DNA from: Ptychomitrium polyphyllum
Lineage: Eukaryota
Direction: 5' to 3'
Assembly: GCA_973851085.1 (NCBI GenBank)
Contig: OZ316775.1
Span: 17,422,001-17,486,000, forward strand
Length of the DNA stretch: 64,000 bases
Shown here: in pieces, positions 1 through 13,380 of the stretch
Numbering within the stretch: position 1 is the first letter of the stretch
Layout: each line of letters opens with the position of its first letter
Translations under genes and position numbers: made by a program
The notes under the pieces: generated by a model
The model's database searches: none
Seen by the model: the letters and a program-made list of their open reading frames with translations, nothing else
What the model was told of the DNA's origin: nothing

Positions 1-770
1 CTAGGATCATAACACCACACAAACACACGCTTACATCTAGAACCGCCACAAAAGCCTCCACTAAACGAGTCCACAGAAACGCAGCCCCACATCGACGTCA
101 CCGGCACTCGCATCTCACGGATCACGACTACGTCAGTCTAGTTGCCACTGAACTCAGACACCACACCGCAATACCACCAGAGCATGCCAGCCACCACCGC
201 AGTATCAAGACCATATCAAACCTCCAATTATTGCTCACTGTCGAAATAGATGGCCCACTCCCGTTCCTACAGTACAGTCTGTTTCCATTGCTTGCTTTTC
301 CAAATGCAGAAAGCCAAGAATCCTCGGGGCCTGGAATAACGTGCTGACGACCTTCCTTGGCACCGGATCACGCTCCAAACTAGCCAGAGAACGGAGCCTC
401 CAATCATGAGAGAAAGGAGGAAAATACACTAGAAAAGCCTAGATATCGACGATCCGCCGGGAATCGCCTTGAAAAGGGCGATCTCAATAATAGAGGGGGC
501 GGTCGTGGGTGGGACAGTGGGGCCGGTATATTTGAGAGGCACTCCACTTGAATCAGGAACCAGGTATCGTCTCTGCTTGTACGATACCGTTGTCAGGTGC
601 AGGACCGCTGTGGGATGCAGAGACAGGTCGCACGAGCCGACACAAAAGTCATGATCGGCTTAAAAGCGAGCTTGCATGAATGCGGCATCTTGCGGGACTG
701 AGGACCTCTTTACACCGGAGGGCCGGGCAAAAAATTTAAAAAGTTAAAAGCAAGGACGGCCCACGAGAGA
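1..770 (-). promoter_or_regulatory. Probable promoter, first exon and intron of a minus-strand gene running off the left edge
   Basis: GC-richer island next to AT-rich TE DNA. On the minus strand there is a TATA-like AAATATA (~526-532), a pyrimidine patch (~405-430) and donor-like GTGAGC (~238) and GTAAGC (~35). No recognisable protein. Confidence 0.3.
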
Positions 771-1164
771 AGATGGGAAAGTATTGAAACAATAGTTTGG
801 TGAGTGAAAATTTCTTCTATGGATAAGTTCTTAGGTCGTTATTTCAAGAATATATTCAATGGAATCATATTTTTAAGAATATTATAAAAATTATTATGTT
901 AAAGGTAATCAAATCATTTCTTCACCTATCTTCAAATTACTTTGTTTAAAGATAATATAACATATTATTAAACCTTATACAAGAACCTAAAAAATTTGAC
1001 CAATTGTACTATTTAAAATTTCTAAATATGGAAAAATCACTTACCTTGTAAACGGCGGGCAAAGATGTAAAGAGGGTCTCAAAGCCCCAATGGAGATCCG
1101 TAGGCATGGCATGGTGATGGATGTGAATATTTAAGGAGCTTGGTAAAGGAACTAATTTGGGAGC

Positions 1165-1235
1165 GGGATGAGGGTTATGCTGGATGCAGGGGTGAGGGTC
1201 ATGCTGGATATAGGGATGAGGGTCATGCTGGAAGC
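1165..1235. repeat. 24-bp tandem repeat, ~3 copies
   Basis: GGGATGAGGGTTATGCTGGATGCA / GGGGTGAGGGTCATGCTGGATATA / GGGATGAGGGTCATGCTGGAAGC. Confidence 0.85.
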
Positions 1236-3079
1236 TTAAGTTAATACTAAATTCTTAATAAAGCTGACCATAGTTTTAGTGCAATTTAAAGTTTAGAATT
1301 ATAAGAGAGTTGGCTCTCTAGACTCAACATTCTTGTCAAGTCAAACCTTGTGAATGTTTTGAAAGGAAGCTCCTTGTTGTTGAATTTACTTGGATATGGT
1401 CGTTTAGCCATTAAGTAAATTTAGAATTTCTCTTCACACTTGTACTCTTGGATTCTCCTTTTGTAGATTGAAAGATGCTTAACTAATACTTGTGATCCTT
1501 TTTTCTTTACTTGACAAGAATCTTCTTTGTCTCAAACTTTGAGTGATGTAGCAAGTGTTGGATGGAAGCAAGTTTATTCAAAACTTTTAGTGTTGTATAG
1601 ATTGTAAGACGCTTGAAGTGGATTTTAGATTATTCATACAGTTTTGAAATTCAAAGTACACTTGAGTGAAGTTGCTGAGCTTTAGAATGTTGGAATTTTG
1701 GTTGTTGGAAGCATTGATGCAATAAAAGTCTCACAATGGCACATCGTGGTTCACAGTGGCTCGTGGCAAATTGCGTAGGTGACTGCTGAACAGCGACTAG
1801 AAGATGGTGGACGGCGACCGGACAAAGCCAATAACTAGCAATCGATAGGTGCAATTCAAAAGCCGTCAAGGACCTTAAACTATGGAACTCTAAACTGTTA
1901 AGGACTTTAAACCATTTCTACACCTTTGCAGATTTTCAAGAAATGGTTCTTTGTACTTCCAAAACTTGAACTTTTTTTGGAGTTTTTGAAATGGATTCTT
2001 AAATTACACTGGTGTGTGCCTGTTATATAAGTGTAAATTTTTATTTTCAAATCTTTTTCAAAAACCTCAATTTTATTAAATGAATGTACTTTCCACTACA
2101 ATTTTTTATCCATTTTGGAAGTCTTTGGTATTAAAAATAATAAATTTTTTAAAAAAATTTAGAAAATTAGAAAACTAGAGAAATAATGATAAAACAATTG
2201 GTCTCAAACTTTGAAATTAATTGGTAGAGGCATTTTAACTCAAATTTGAACCAAATTGCACCTAATTTTATTTGAAATTTGTCAAAGAATGCAATGGCGT
2301 TGTTGGATTGGCATTTAGATTTGATTTTCAGCCCTAAATGAAGATTTTCATGCGGAATGGTGTTTTTCAACACCAATTCTCAAAAATTTCTATAAACTTC
2401 AAGTTTTGGAACTTTGGAGGACACTTTTGAATGTCTCTTTTATTTTATTATAATATTTTGTGACTTTGGTGACCAACCTCTACAAGTAGGTGCATACTAG
2501 CTCTAGTTCATTCTTAATAATTTTGCTATTTATTATATAGGAAAGAAGATTTAGTTTTTTTTTTTTTTTTTCGATTTTGCTTTAGTACCTTTTTTTTTAG
2601 CAAATAATATTACTAGAGGTTTCTAGTGTTGCCTAATTTTATATTGTACATAGTTTGTATTTATAATTTTACCGTTGTCGTGGTAAGAGTGGTTGCGATA
2701 GGAAACGTTGGATCTTTTTGCATCTATTTAATCAAGTATAAGGGTTTATTTTTATATAAATTTTATTTTATAATATAAACTACAACTTCCAATTACTCAT
2801 TAGCTATTTCTACATCTTTAATTTCTACTTTTCAACTCTTATTTTCTCCATCTTAAGAAATAATCCTACTCTTTATGAACAATCCTACTTCTTCTTTCTT
2901 TTAAACCAAGTCACAGGAGACTCCTATTTCAAAGGAAACGATGACTCGGAAGATACTGTTGGGGTCAAAATACATATTCTCTTATAACTTCAAGCTCAAA
3001 GGTCCTATGCTCTTAAGATTTTAGTGAGAAAAGCACAAGACTTTCTAAGTACAACCTTCAAAATCTCTTATTTACATTC

Positions 3080-4344
3080 CAAGTGGTTGTTAAGAACTAT
3101 GTCTTCAAAAGCTTCATTCTTTTTGCCATAGCTCCTAGATCCCCCCTTATTACTTCATAATTCTATAACTTCCTTTCTACAACAAATCTAGACTTAAAAC
3201 TTTATCCACATATAATTAAATTTAAAAACAAATATTCTACCAAACTTTTAACTTTAAAAGCCCCTCCAATCATCTTTAATGGTTCAAAACATGTAGCTTT
3301 GAAACTCTACTATATACTGCCTTCAAACCCCGGTTGCATATTTTTCTTATATCTCCTACTACAAGAATCCATTATTCTTGAAATTTCTAAATCGTCATTT
3401 TAAAGTAGTCAAAATGCTATCCTGTAAATTTCATAATCAAAAATCATTTCTACAAAGTAGCTTCTCTCAAAAGGCAACTGACTCTACATTATTCAAACTA
3501 GTGCCACGGTCAATTACTAACTTCAAATGAAGCGTATAATAGTTTTTTGAAAAGTTTACAAGAGAAGGAAAAAAACTCGACAAAAATCAATTCAAACTAA
3601 GAAGTGTGCAATAAGATATCATTCAAAGAAGGGTTGTCTTCTTATTCAAGTGGGAGAGGCGGAGAGAGAAGAAGAGGGTAGCGTTTAAACCGCCACATCC
3701 GCTCCTTATCACTCCACATCAACTTTATCTCTCCACATTAGCTCCTAATCTCCTTTTTCAAGCCTTTATCTAATCATATCTTAAAATAAAAAACAATCCA
3801 AATCCTTTTCTTTTGTTTTTTTGTTTTTTTTTTCTTCTAGTTTATACTTCTAGGTTTAAACTACAAAAGAAGACAAAATCAATCCTCTCAAATTTAAAAT
3901 AGGAACTAAAAAAATTAAAATAAAAGATAGAAAGTAAACAAAAGATTGAAATTTAACAAAAAATAAATTAAGAATAATATCATCGTTGAGGTAGGATCAG
4001 ACACTAAATCATAAATTTGATTGATTAGATAAGTTTCAAATGCTGAATTGGTCCAAATTTGATTCTTATTGAATTTTTTGAGTAAAACAACAGCACTTGA
4101 CTGGTACTGCTAACAAGATTAGCAGGCAGGAAAATACTACAAGTTTTCAAGTGCCTATTCACCTTGAACTAAAACAAGATGCAACTCTACCTCCAAGACA
4201 AATGAAATTGTAGTTTCACCACAAATTTTTTTAATTCAATTATTTCTTTATTGTAATGCTCTTTTCTTAATACAATAAGTTAAGTTCTACAAAATAATAA
4301 GTACTAATTAAATTTTAAATTGTACATCTAAATACATCACAACA
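3080..4344. repeat. Dispersed TE-derived (LTR-like) repeat, copy 1 of 3
   Basis: Colinear, diverged similarity to 8640-9668 (direct) and 12425-13380 (inverted). Example: GCACTTGACTGGTACTGCTAA (~4093) vs GCACTTGGCTTGGTACTGCTAG (~9419). Ends ...CACAACA. Confidence 0.7.
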
Positions 4345-4680
4345 CTGTAGCTATGAGTCCAATATAGCCGGCAAGATCCTTCTGTTTGCACAAAGTGGGT
4401 GGTGTTTCTTTAAATTATGGTGATCAAAAGCTAATGACTTATAAACTACAAGTTTAGAGGTGATGGCAGATGCAAGTGTAGGTTGCCTTTAAGCCTTTGA
4501 ATAGTTGTGGGTACTCAAATAGACTCTTTTATAATATAGATTAGGAGTTGATGTTATTGATCTCCTTCACCAAATTACTAATAAGGTGACCATACTAAGG
4601 ACCTTAAGTTAATGGTAGATACCAACAAGGCTATTGGAGCCCTTTTGGCAATAGAAACCACTAGTAAGCTTTGGACCTAG

Positions 4681-4836
4681 AGTGTGGGAACATTTGTTGA
4701 AATAGATGACGATCCTTGGTGTGTGGGAACATTTGATGAAATAGATGACGATCCTTAGAGTGTGGAAGCATTTGATGAAGTAAATGACAATTCTTGGTGT
4801 ATAAGAACATTTGATGAAATAGATGACAATCCTTGG
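4681..4836 (+). repeat. 39-bp tandem repeat x4 encoding an acidic 13-aa unit (xVGTFDEIDDDPW)
   Basis: Unit ~TGTGTGGGAACATTTGATGAAATAGATGACGATCCTTGG at 4681, 4720, 4759 and 4798. Confidence 0.9.
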
Positions 4837-6356
4837 AATGTAGTGAAAGATTGATTTTTGAAATGAGCTAGGAGCATTTCTTTATCTGATTGGAAGCTAA
4901 GATTTTGAATCTGGATGACAGAAGAATTCAAGCAATCCGCCAACTTTAATGAGTAGTATGCATTTGAGTTGCTGCTACAACATTTTAAGCATGAGGCACT
5001 TCAAGCTTATGAAAGATGGACTGAAGAACAATCGCTTCAATTGTGCGAGGCAAAGCACTATTAGAAGGCTTGTGTAAAAATCATCTCTGTCCTTTCAGAG
5101 GGTGTTGCTGTTACTTTGAATTCCTTAATGAAGGAGGAAGTGAAGCCTTAAGAAAGAAGTAAGTCATTTACTAAAGATATTAAAATGAAGGCCTTAGCTT
5201 TGAAATTTGGATCAAAGGGAAATGGTCCATTTACGTTGTTATGGTTGGCTCAAATTATGTATGTTGTTTTATTTAGAATGAAAGAACCTCCATTGTTTGA
5301 GCAATTGCGTTTGTTCATAGTACATGAGGTTGAGTATGGAAATTTCAGACGCAATCAGATGCAACGCATTTGAGACTTTTGACATGAAAAGAAAGATACA
5401 CCTTATATCATGTATTCCCGTCTACCACAATTTGTAGTGGAATCCAAGGGTATATTTGAAGAGAGCCTTTCTTCAAAATCATTTTGTGTAAAATTGATAA
5501 ATGGCTTCTAGATTTGGCCATGCCAAAGATCATTCTCAACTACAATGGCAAGGCAACATTGGCACAAGCGTTTGCTTAGATTGAAAAATGCAATAAGATT
5601 CTTTGCAAATATGATGCTACTCACTTAGTTTTGTGGATGACGGATGCTATTAAGCTAAAATAAGCTATTATAGCCACAAATAATTTGGCAGACACTCAGC
5701 CAAAAAAGACTTTGCGTTGTTGGAAGTATGGTAAATTTGGCCATATCAAAAAGAATTCCAATTATTTTAAGTTAAAGCAAAGACAATAGACAAAGAAGTC
5801 TAAGAAGAAAGAAGAAGTGGCCGAGATTGAGGAGACATCCAAGAAAGAATTGAAGTGCTCTCCTTGTAATAAGCTTAACATTAGTAATGACAACTACTTC
5901 ATTTTGCATCAAGAAAAACAACCTGCTTTGAAGAATAAAAGATCACTTGAAGCCAAGATTGTAGCTTTCAAAGTGAACTTCAAGTCAGTTGTTTCATTGA
6001 ACCAAGTTACTAACACTAGAGTGACTTCTAATGTTCAATATTTGATGTGCTAGTGGCAATTAGAATAGCTTATTAATTGAGAAGTATAACTAAGCTTGCT
6101 TGAAAAATGCCAAAACTTGCAATTAAGAGAGGTGCGTTTGGTTAATGATAATAATGTGTTTGTTGTTTGATATATGAGTGGCAATATTATTAGTGCTAAA
6201 CCATTGCAAGTTATGATGGAATTTGGTTCACAATATGTAATAATTAGCAAGGATCTTGTTTAAGAATTAGACCTAGGTGCTTTTGACCTTGCACCTTTTT
6301 TTTACACCATTGTCACTTCAATTGGAGGAACAGAGAGTGGTATTGGCTATACTAGG

Positions 6357-7537
6357 TGTATACCACATAATTGGCTCAATTAATCAATTTTCATGAATTA
6401 TTATCTATTAGCATTAATTGCTAGAAAATAGACTCATAATGGTACTAATTCAAATCATTATGGTGATTAACTAAGCTTAAGGATAATTATGCTACTTACG
6501 TCCATGCAAAATATCAAAAAATCATGGAAGCTTCTATTTATGGCAAAGAAGTGCATTAGTAGTTAGGCTTAATTAGTATATTAGAATGATTAATCATTAG
6601 GGATTATGATTAAATTAGCAAGTTGAACAAATAGGTCCAAGAGGAATTTTCTTCAGTTAAAAGAACTCAAAAGCACTTGCTATAATCAAGTGCAAATAAA
6701 GTACAAAAAAAAAAGACAAAAGATATTGCCAATAGTTAGAGTCAACTTAAAAATAGGCTAAAAAAATTTAGTAACAAGTTAGTATTTAATTAGTGGAAAC
6801 TTAGATGAGTTAATTGAAGTCAATTGTAAGTAGGTTGGAACATAAGTTAAATTAATATGACTATCCAAGTTAGTGCAAGGAGTTAGAAATGGTTGAGGTT
6901 GGTTAGAAGCCCACCTTGTCATTGAGATAAGGCAGCTTAGTCTAAAATTAAGTACTGTAGTTCAAAAAATAAGGCACAATACTAAGACATAAAAATGTGG
7001 CCAAGAGAGAGAAAAGGTGGCCAAAAGGAGATGTAAGAGAAGAGAGTGAGGGAAAAAGTGGAGAATGCCAAAACTTTGACGGCAGATTGCAAAAAAATGA
7101 CAATAGTCATGATGGTAAGATTCTGTAGGAAGGAAGTAGAAGAAGTAAGGATTCTAACAAACTAAAGATTGTCCAATTCCAATAAAGGACGAGGCGGTGG
7201 CGGCATTTTTAGTGGAAGGAGGTTGTCTGCCGTCGCAGCTCAAGATACACAACTTTAGAGGAGCGGATCATCACGCATACAACTTCAAACAAAGCAAAAA
7301 CTATTGGAGAAGGTAAACCAAGTTGTGAAGACTCTATATACACCAAGATTATAAGATTTAGAGCTATAAAGCGTGGGTGGCGGCTGATATGGTGCGACAA
7401 GATCTACACCCGGCGATTTCAATGCGCCTACTTAGGGTTGAAACTTGCCCTCAGATTTTGGTTGTTTTCTCTTTCGCCTTTAGAACTACGTTAACTAAAG
7501 TGGCCTTTTTGATAGCAAGGATTAATTTAAGTTCACA
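6357..7537. mobile_element. Probable solo LTR inserted in the protease of element E
   Basis: TG...CA termini (TGTATAC...GTTCACA). Flanks CTAGG (6352-6356) and TTAGA (7538-7542) form a TSD with two transitions. Removing the insert restores in-frame GYT-R-QPL. Confidence 0.75.
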
Positions 7538-8040
7538 TTAGACAGCCATTGCACTTGATTTTTTGCATTGGTTTTAGATCGCTTTATTTTCATTTAACTT
7601 TGCAGTGTGCGTTGACCAGTGCAATCAACTATGATATTTTAATTGATCAATGGATATTTTATCCTTTCAATTTTTGTTTAAACAACTAGACTAAAGAAGC
7701 ATGAATTAAATTGGGTTAATTTGCAGGAGATGGAGAAAAGCAATTTATTCCTGTAATATTTGCTGTAGCCACCATGAGTATGTTGGCAAAGACTCTATTT
7801 TGGTACAGCACCTTAGAAATCGATTTGCCTTATGGACCAATTTTGGTAGAAGAGACATTTGTGTTTATGACTAGTTTAATAGATCAATGTGATGCACCAT
7901 GTTTGGAGGTTTCCGCAAGGCATTATAAAGATCCATTTTTATTATGAAATAAATTTGCAAATCTATCCCGGCAATGCCGTAACATTTTAACTTCACTAAA
8001 TATTTTGGATGTACCAACTTCTTTTTCATCATCTACTTTT

Positions 8041-8360
8041 GCCCTTCCTATTAGTTGGCAACTACTAACAAAGAAAATTACCCTTGTAGAGCTATTTGTG
8101 GACATTGGTACCAGTTTTGCGGCAATTTTAGATGTTGAGCTCAAAATCAAGCGGTGCATTTAAATAGGTTCTGGATTTGTGCCTAATTTAATGGCTTGAC
8201 AACACTTCTAGAGATTATTGGCTTTGTATCCCAAAAAGGTTGTTGAGGATGGACAATTTATTTGCTAATTCCTTGGTTCTTCTACTTTTGTAGATGTTAT
8301 AGCATTGGATTTATATGCACATCAGCTTTGTTGGTTTTGAACCAACCTAACTCCATTTCA
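8041..8360 (+). pseudogene. Internally deleted, degenerate cytosine-5 DNA methyltransferase domain (motif I and motif VIII remnants) in element E
   Basis: Frame +1: ITLVELFVDIGTSFAAILDVELKIKRCI resembles motif I (LxLFxGIG). FVDVIALDLYAHQLCWF*TNLTP resembles DNMT3 motif VIII ([20 protein letters not shown]). Motifs IV (PC) and VI (ENV) are absent between them. Confidence 0.7.
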
Positions 8361-8639
8361 CATTGTTGTGGTAAAAGAGCCTTGCTTTGAGAATGCACTA
8401 GGCCTCTGGCTGCTATTAATTACTCAATAAGTTGACAAGATGATATTTATCTAGTTATTTAAGTGAAAGAATTTTTTGATCATGCTTTTTAAGCTTTGTA
8501 AAGATCACAACTCAAACCCAAGCCATAACTACATATTGCCATCATAAACCCGCTTACAATTTTGCTCATTTTTCCTATTGTAAGAATTCAATGAATTTGA
8601 TATTTTAAATCCATGTTTCTAAGGCATCTATAAAATTTT

Positions 8640-9668
8640 AGTATAAATTTCATAACCATAGCTATTATACGCATTGAGAACCATGCTTTCAAAGTTCTCA
8701 CTTTCCATTGCCATAGCTCGTAGACTCCCTCTATTTTACTACTTTATAAGTTCCCTTCTATTAAAAATCTTGACTTCAAAGTTTACACACATTTTATATT
8801 TTACAATAAATAATTTACCAAAATATCAACTTCAAAAATCCTTTCAATCTTCTCTTATGGCTCAAAATGTACAATCTCAATTCTATTGTATACAACCATC
8901 AAAGTCCCGACTACAATTTCTCTTATATCTTCCACTATAGAAGCCTTGTTTTTTGAAAATTTTACAATATCATTTTAAAATAGTCAAGATACTATCCTCT
9001 AAATTTCATTACCAAATTATAAATACACAAAAAGTTATAAGCACCCAATGGAGTTGCTCCCTAAAATTCAACGTAGTTGATTCAATTTCACTCAAACTAG
9101 AGCCACAGTCACATACTAACTCCATAAAAAACAATCTAAATAATTTTCTTTTGCTTTTCTTTCTTTTATTTCCTTTGGATGAAACTTCTAGGTTCCAAAT
9201 TACAAAGGAAGACAAAATTGATCTTCACAAATCTAAAGCAGGAAACTAAAACTAAATTAAAATGAAAGAAATAGGAAAAAGATTGAAGTTCAATGAATAA
9301 AAAAGTCATTGTTGAAATAGAATAAAAAACCAAGCTACAAACTTAGTTGACTGAATAAAGTTCAAGTACAAAACCGGTCCAAGTTTTATTCTTGTTGGAT
9401 TTATTGACTGGGATGGCGGCACTTGGCTTGGTACTGCTAGTAAAAACGGCAAGTAGAAAAATAATACAGTTAGTCGGCGCCTTCATCCTAAGCTAAGACA
9501 AAATGCAATTTTACCTCCACGACACTCAAAATTGTAGTTTTACCATGATCCTTTTCACCTAACTTCTCTTTTCATCTATATATTCTTTTTTAAAACACAA
9601 CAAATCAAAATCCACAAAATAACACATATTAGCTAAGTTTTAAGCCATATAACTATTTACAACACAAC
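8640..9668. repeat. Dispersed TE-derived repeat, copy 2 of 3
   Basis: Direct, diverged homology to 3080-4344. Confidence 0.7.
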
Positions 9669-10847
9669 AACATGTTGTCGGCAACTATTTTTCAAATCAT
9701 ACTATGTATAAACTGCAAGATGAATGATATCTTCAATAATCAAGTTTCTTTCAATGTATCCAAGGTTGATGATTACCCTCTTGCTTTAAACAACAAGATG
9801 GAAGTACTTTGTAGTATATTTCCTAAACTTGCAATATATTCAGGGCTATTTGCCTTTGAGCACATGAATTGGAAATGCTTTGGAATTCTCATTTCTAAGC
9901 TTATATGAGCCAATGATAATTTCTTCTAGATTAAGCTATGGATCTCAACACTCTAGTGTGGATTACTTGCACATGTCTTGTTTTTTAGCAATATCATGGT
10001 GACCATTTGCTTGCTTTGAGGTAAAAAAGCAATGGTCAAGGATATCACATAATGTAGCATTGAGTACTAAGCAACGTCAAATGAATGTATTATATGAGTG
10101 CCAAGCAACCTGAAATGAATGTGTTATTTCTTCTCTTTCACTTTCATCTTTAGAATTATACAACTTGAGATTTGAAGCTTTTCTTAAAATTCCAACTCAC
10201 CAAAACCTTGTTGAATGAAAGAAGGAGGAGATTCAAATTTTAGAGGAAATTCCTCAAAATTTGAAACACCGCTTTACATAGTCATTGCTTGTGTGCCATG
10301 TAATTTGCTGGTACTTGCAAGCACCACAATTTGTCGGGCAATTGCCAATTGCTTGAACCACAAGGAGCGTCCGCTGATCAGTCATTTGTGTTCAGTCAAC
10401 GACCAATTCTTGTTTAAAGGAGCAAGGTCTCTACAATTAATAGAACCTTGTGCCCTTGGAAAAGGATTTTTGTCCGGAGACAAGGTTTATTTTTGGAATT
10501 TCTATAGAGTTTGCCCTTTATTTGTTTTCTTATCTTTCAAGTTTATTTTAGGTCCAAATTTTCTTTCCTATTTCAACCAATATAAGTGTTTATATCTCTA
10601 AATGCTTTGTTAGAGCGCAATGGAGGGAATTTTGAATTGTAATGTTGTTTGTGGGAGTTGTTAAGGTATTGAGAGATTCTTTGTAGCACTTTAATTTTGG
10701 AATCATTCATTTTTATGTCATAGGACTTAAACACTTGAGGCCATCCATTATAGATAAGTAAAGTTAACTGAAGTCCACTTTTGTATATTAAATTTTGTTG
10801 TTTGAGGACAAGGATCAAATTTTTGGATTTTTGGGTTTTGTACTTAA

Positions 10848-11761
10848 TGTCACGAGCATACATATTAAAAGCATCTCGAAAGGTTTTTAGAAGGTTTAGG
10901 AAGCTTATAAAGGAATGACTTCAACTTAGGAAGCTTCCAATGAAGCAATTTGCAATTGTTTGAATATAAAGCAATATAATAGAAGCTTCTAAACAAACTT
11001 TCACGGCTTGTAGAGTTAGTATATATAGGAATTGGAGCTTACAGGATCTTTAGTCTTGACAACGCATCTCTTGTGGTTCAGCTGAGACCTTTTGGCCTTG
11101 TCTTTGTATTTTTTTATAATTCTCTTCTTCTAATATACTTTAAATATATTTTGTTTGACATTCTAAATTCTTGAAGCCTTGGCTTGTTATTATTCTGTCT
11201 GTAATAATTTAACAAGGCTATTTTATAATAATATAAGAACTTGATTTTTTTGAAATAAAGTAGATTATCCCTATTTTTGAAAGTATTATATCATTATAGA
11301 GGTTGCAAATTATCCTCTTTTAAATTGAGATTACCTCTTGAATCTTCCTTGTTTTTTTATTTATTTAGCAATTTTTATTTTGTTTTCAACCGAAGAGGTG
11401 AAGAAGTCAATATGATTGATTCAAAAGAAGCCAAAATAGATTCCGTTATTAATGCCTTTAAAACAGTGAGGATTAAGACCAAGACTATATTCAAACAAAA
11501 TGAAGAATTATATTTGAATATACATAATGGCCAAGGAACAAAAGCATCGCAATTGCTATTCCAAGTCTCCTTAAGTGCTTCATTGTCTAGATTTGACTTG
11601 ATAGAAGACGGACAAGCTCAAGAACAAAATTTAGTGTCAACTACTAAAGAAGCAAGAATTACCCTTCTTGAGAAGTTTGATAGTATACGTTTAAAATTTT
11701 GAGGCTTTATAAACCAAGTTCAACTTTCTACCTTGTATCAACCTCGCTGATATCCTATGAA
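10848..11761 (+). mobile_element. Truncated Ty3/gypsy (chromovirus-like) element: short 5' LTR 10848-11160, leader and gag N-terminus
   Basis: TGTCA...TGACA termini. Downstream KEARITLLEKFDSIRLKF*GFINQV parallels the gag motif EPKISMPDKFDGSRSKLRDFVQQV of elements A, B and D. Confidence 0.65.
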
Positions 11762-12424
11762 TGTTGTGAGTAATTCCATTCAATTATTATGATCACTTTT
11801 AATTTGACTTTCTTATATTTAATAATATTTATAATAATTTAATCAAATAATAAGTAGAATTGTATTTTTTAATTTAATTTAGGCATATGAATTTTAACAC
11901 TATGAGTTGATGGAAGATTTTTCAATAATAATATTGGATTGGTATAGTATCTTTATTAAATTGACTCATTATTAAAATTTCTTTGTGGTCAATTTATTTT
12001 TTGCATATTAAATGCATTGGAAGTGTTAAATTTACAAAAAAATCATTAATTTTTTAATTATTAGTTAGGTTAGCCTTATAATCAAATTAGGGCTTAAGAT
12101 CAATTTTAAAACTTAAATCTTACTTGGAGTTTTTAGATTTTAAGGATAAAAATGTGGTTGCCAATTTTGAGCCGCCTTAGACTAGGATAAAAGCCTTAGA
12201 TATCTTTTCCTTCACTCCATCTCTTGTAGCAAAGCTATGCCAAAAAATCATAATTTTAATCAAATATCTTAGCTTCTATTTTCTCTTGATTTCTCCTTTG
12301 ATATTTGGATAACATTTAAATTGTATAGAACATATGGGTCTTCTTACTGTACTTCTATGAACATTAAACACGCTTGAATCCAATCAAGGAAAAGAACGTG
12401 GTGGTCAGTTCAATGTGCTACCGT

Positions 12425-13380
12425 AATGTGTTTAAGTGTATAGTTTAAAACTTGAGTAGTATTTGTTATTTGGTGTATTTGAAAAAGAATATTAGAAAAA
12501 AAAATAATTAGATTATAAAAGAGTTATGGTGAAACCACAATTTTTATTTATTTTAGAGGTGGAATCGCATCTTGTCTTACCTTGCGGTGATTAAGCCGGT
12601 TGACTATAATTTTCCTCTCTGCCATTTTTTTTAGCAGTACCAAGTCAAGTGTTGCCGTTGTACTCAACGAATTGGACAAAAATTGAATTTGGATCAATTC
12701 AGCAATTGGAACTTATCCAATCAACCAAGTTCATGACTTGGTGTCTGATCCTACCTCGACAATGGTTTTATTCTTAACTTGTTTCTTGTTGTTTCTTGGA
12801 TGAGATCTCATAATATACTTCTTAATTTTGAGTTGGTTTTTGTTTTATTTTCTTTTTTTCTTTGTAAGCTTTCCAAAAAGCCATCACACACTCCATTTGG
12901 AGTTAGTATGTGGTTATGGCTTTAGTTTGAATAAAGTTAAGTTAGTTGCCTTGAGTTTCTGAAGGCAGTTATTTGAATGTGTGTAACTTCTTGTCAAAAC
13001 ATTTTTTATTAGTGAAATTTTGAGATAAAGGTTCAAATTACTTTTGAAAGATTGTATTAAAATTAAATGAGTATTAGACTTTTTGAGCAAAAGATACAAA
13101 GAAAAATGCAATTGGGACTTAGAGGGCAGTGTACAGTAGAATTTGGAGTTGCACAATTTTGGTCATTATAGATGATTGAAGGAATTTCTAAGGTTGATAT
13201 TTTGACAAGGTGTTTATTATAAGATACATATTATGTATATAAAATTCAAAGTTTGAATTTGCAATAAGAAGAGAGTTATGAAGTGGTAAAGTGATAGGGA
13301 TATAAAAGCTGTAGCAATGAAGAATGTAAACTTTAAAGTTATGGATCTTAGACGGTACTAAGGATTTGGCACCAAAATTT
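12425..13380. repeat. Dispersed TE-derived repeat, copy 3 of 3 (inverted)
   Basis: The reverse complement aligns with 8630-9660, e.g. TTAGCAGTACCAAGTCAAGTGT (~12631). Confidence 0.7.

Larger units (their letters stand above)
4600..8460 (+). mobile_element. Degenerate LTR-retroelement (element E): gag, zinc knuckle, aspartic protease and a C5-DNA-methyltransferase-like domain; interrupted by a solo LTR; RT and IN not found
   Basis: Decayed CCHC knuckle RCWKYGKFGHIKKNS (~5715-5760). Protease N-half QVMMEFGSQ...TSIGGTESGIGYTR (6207-6356) resumes as RQPL...NYDILIDQ at 7540. The same frame continues to ITLVELFVDIGTS (8077) and FVDVIALDLYAHQLCWF*TNLTP (8287-8355). Many stop codons. Confidence 0.75.

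Noticed and set aside
1240..2400. Possible transposase or other coding relic
   Set aside because: Short open stretches only; I could not recognise any motif.
4681..4836. CRISPR-like array
   Set aside because: Head-to-tail repeats without unique spacers, in eukaryotic TE context with no cas genes.
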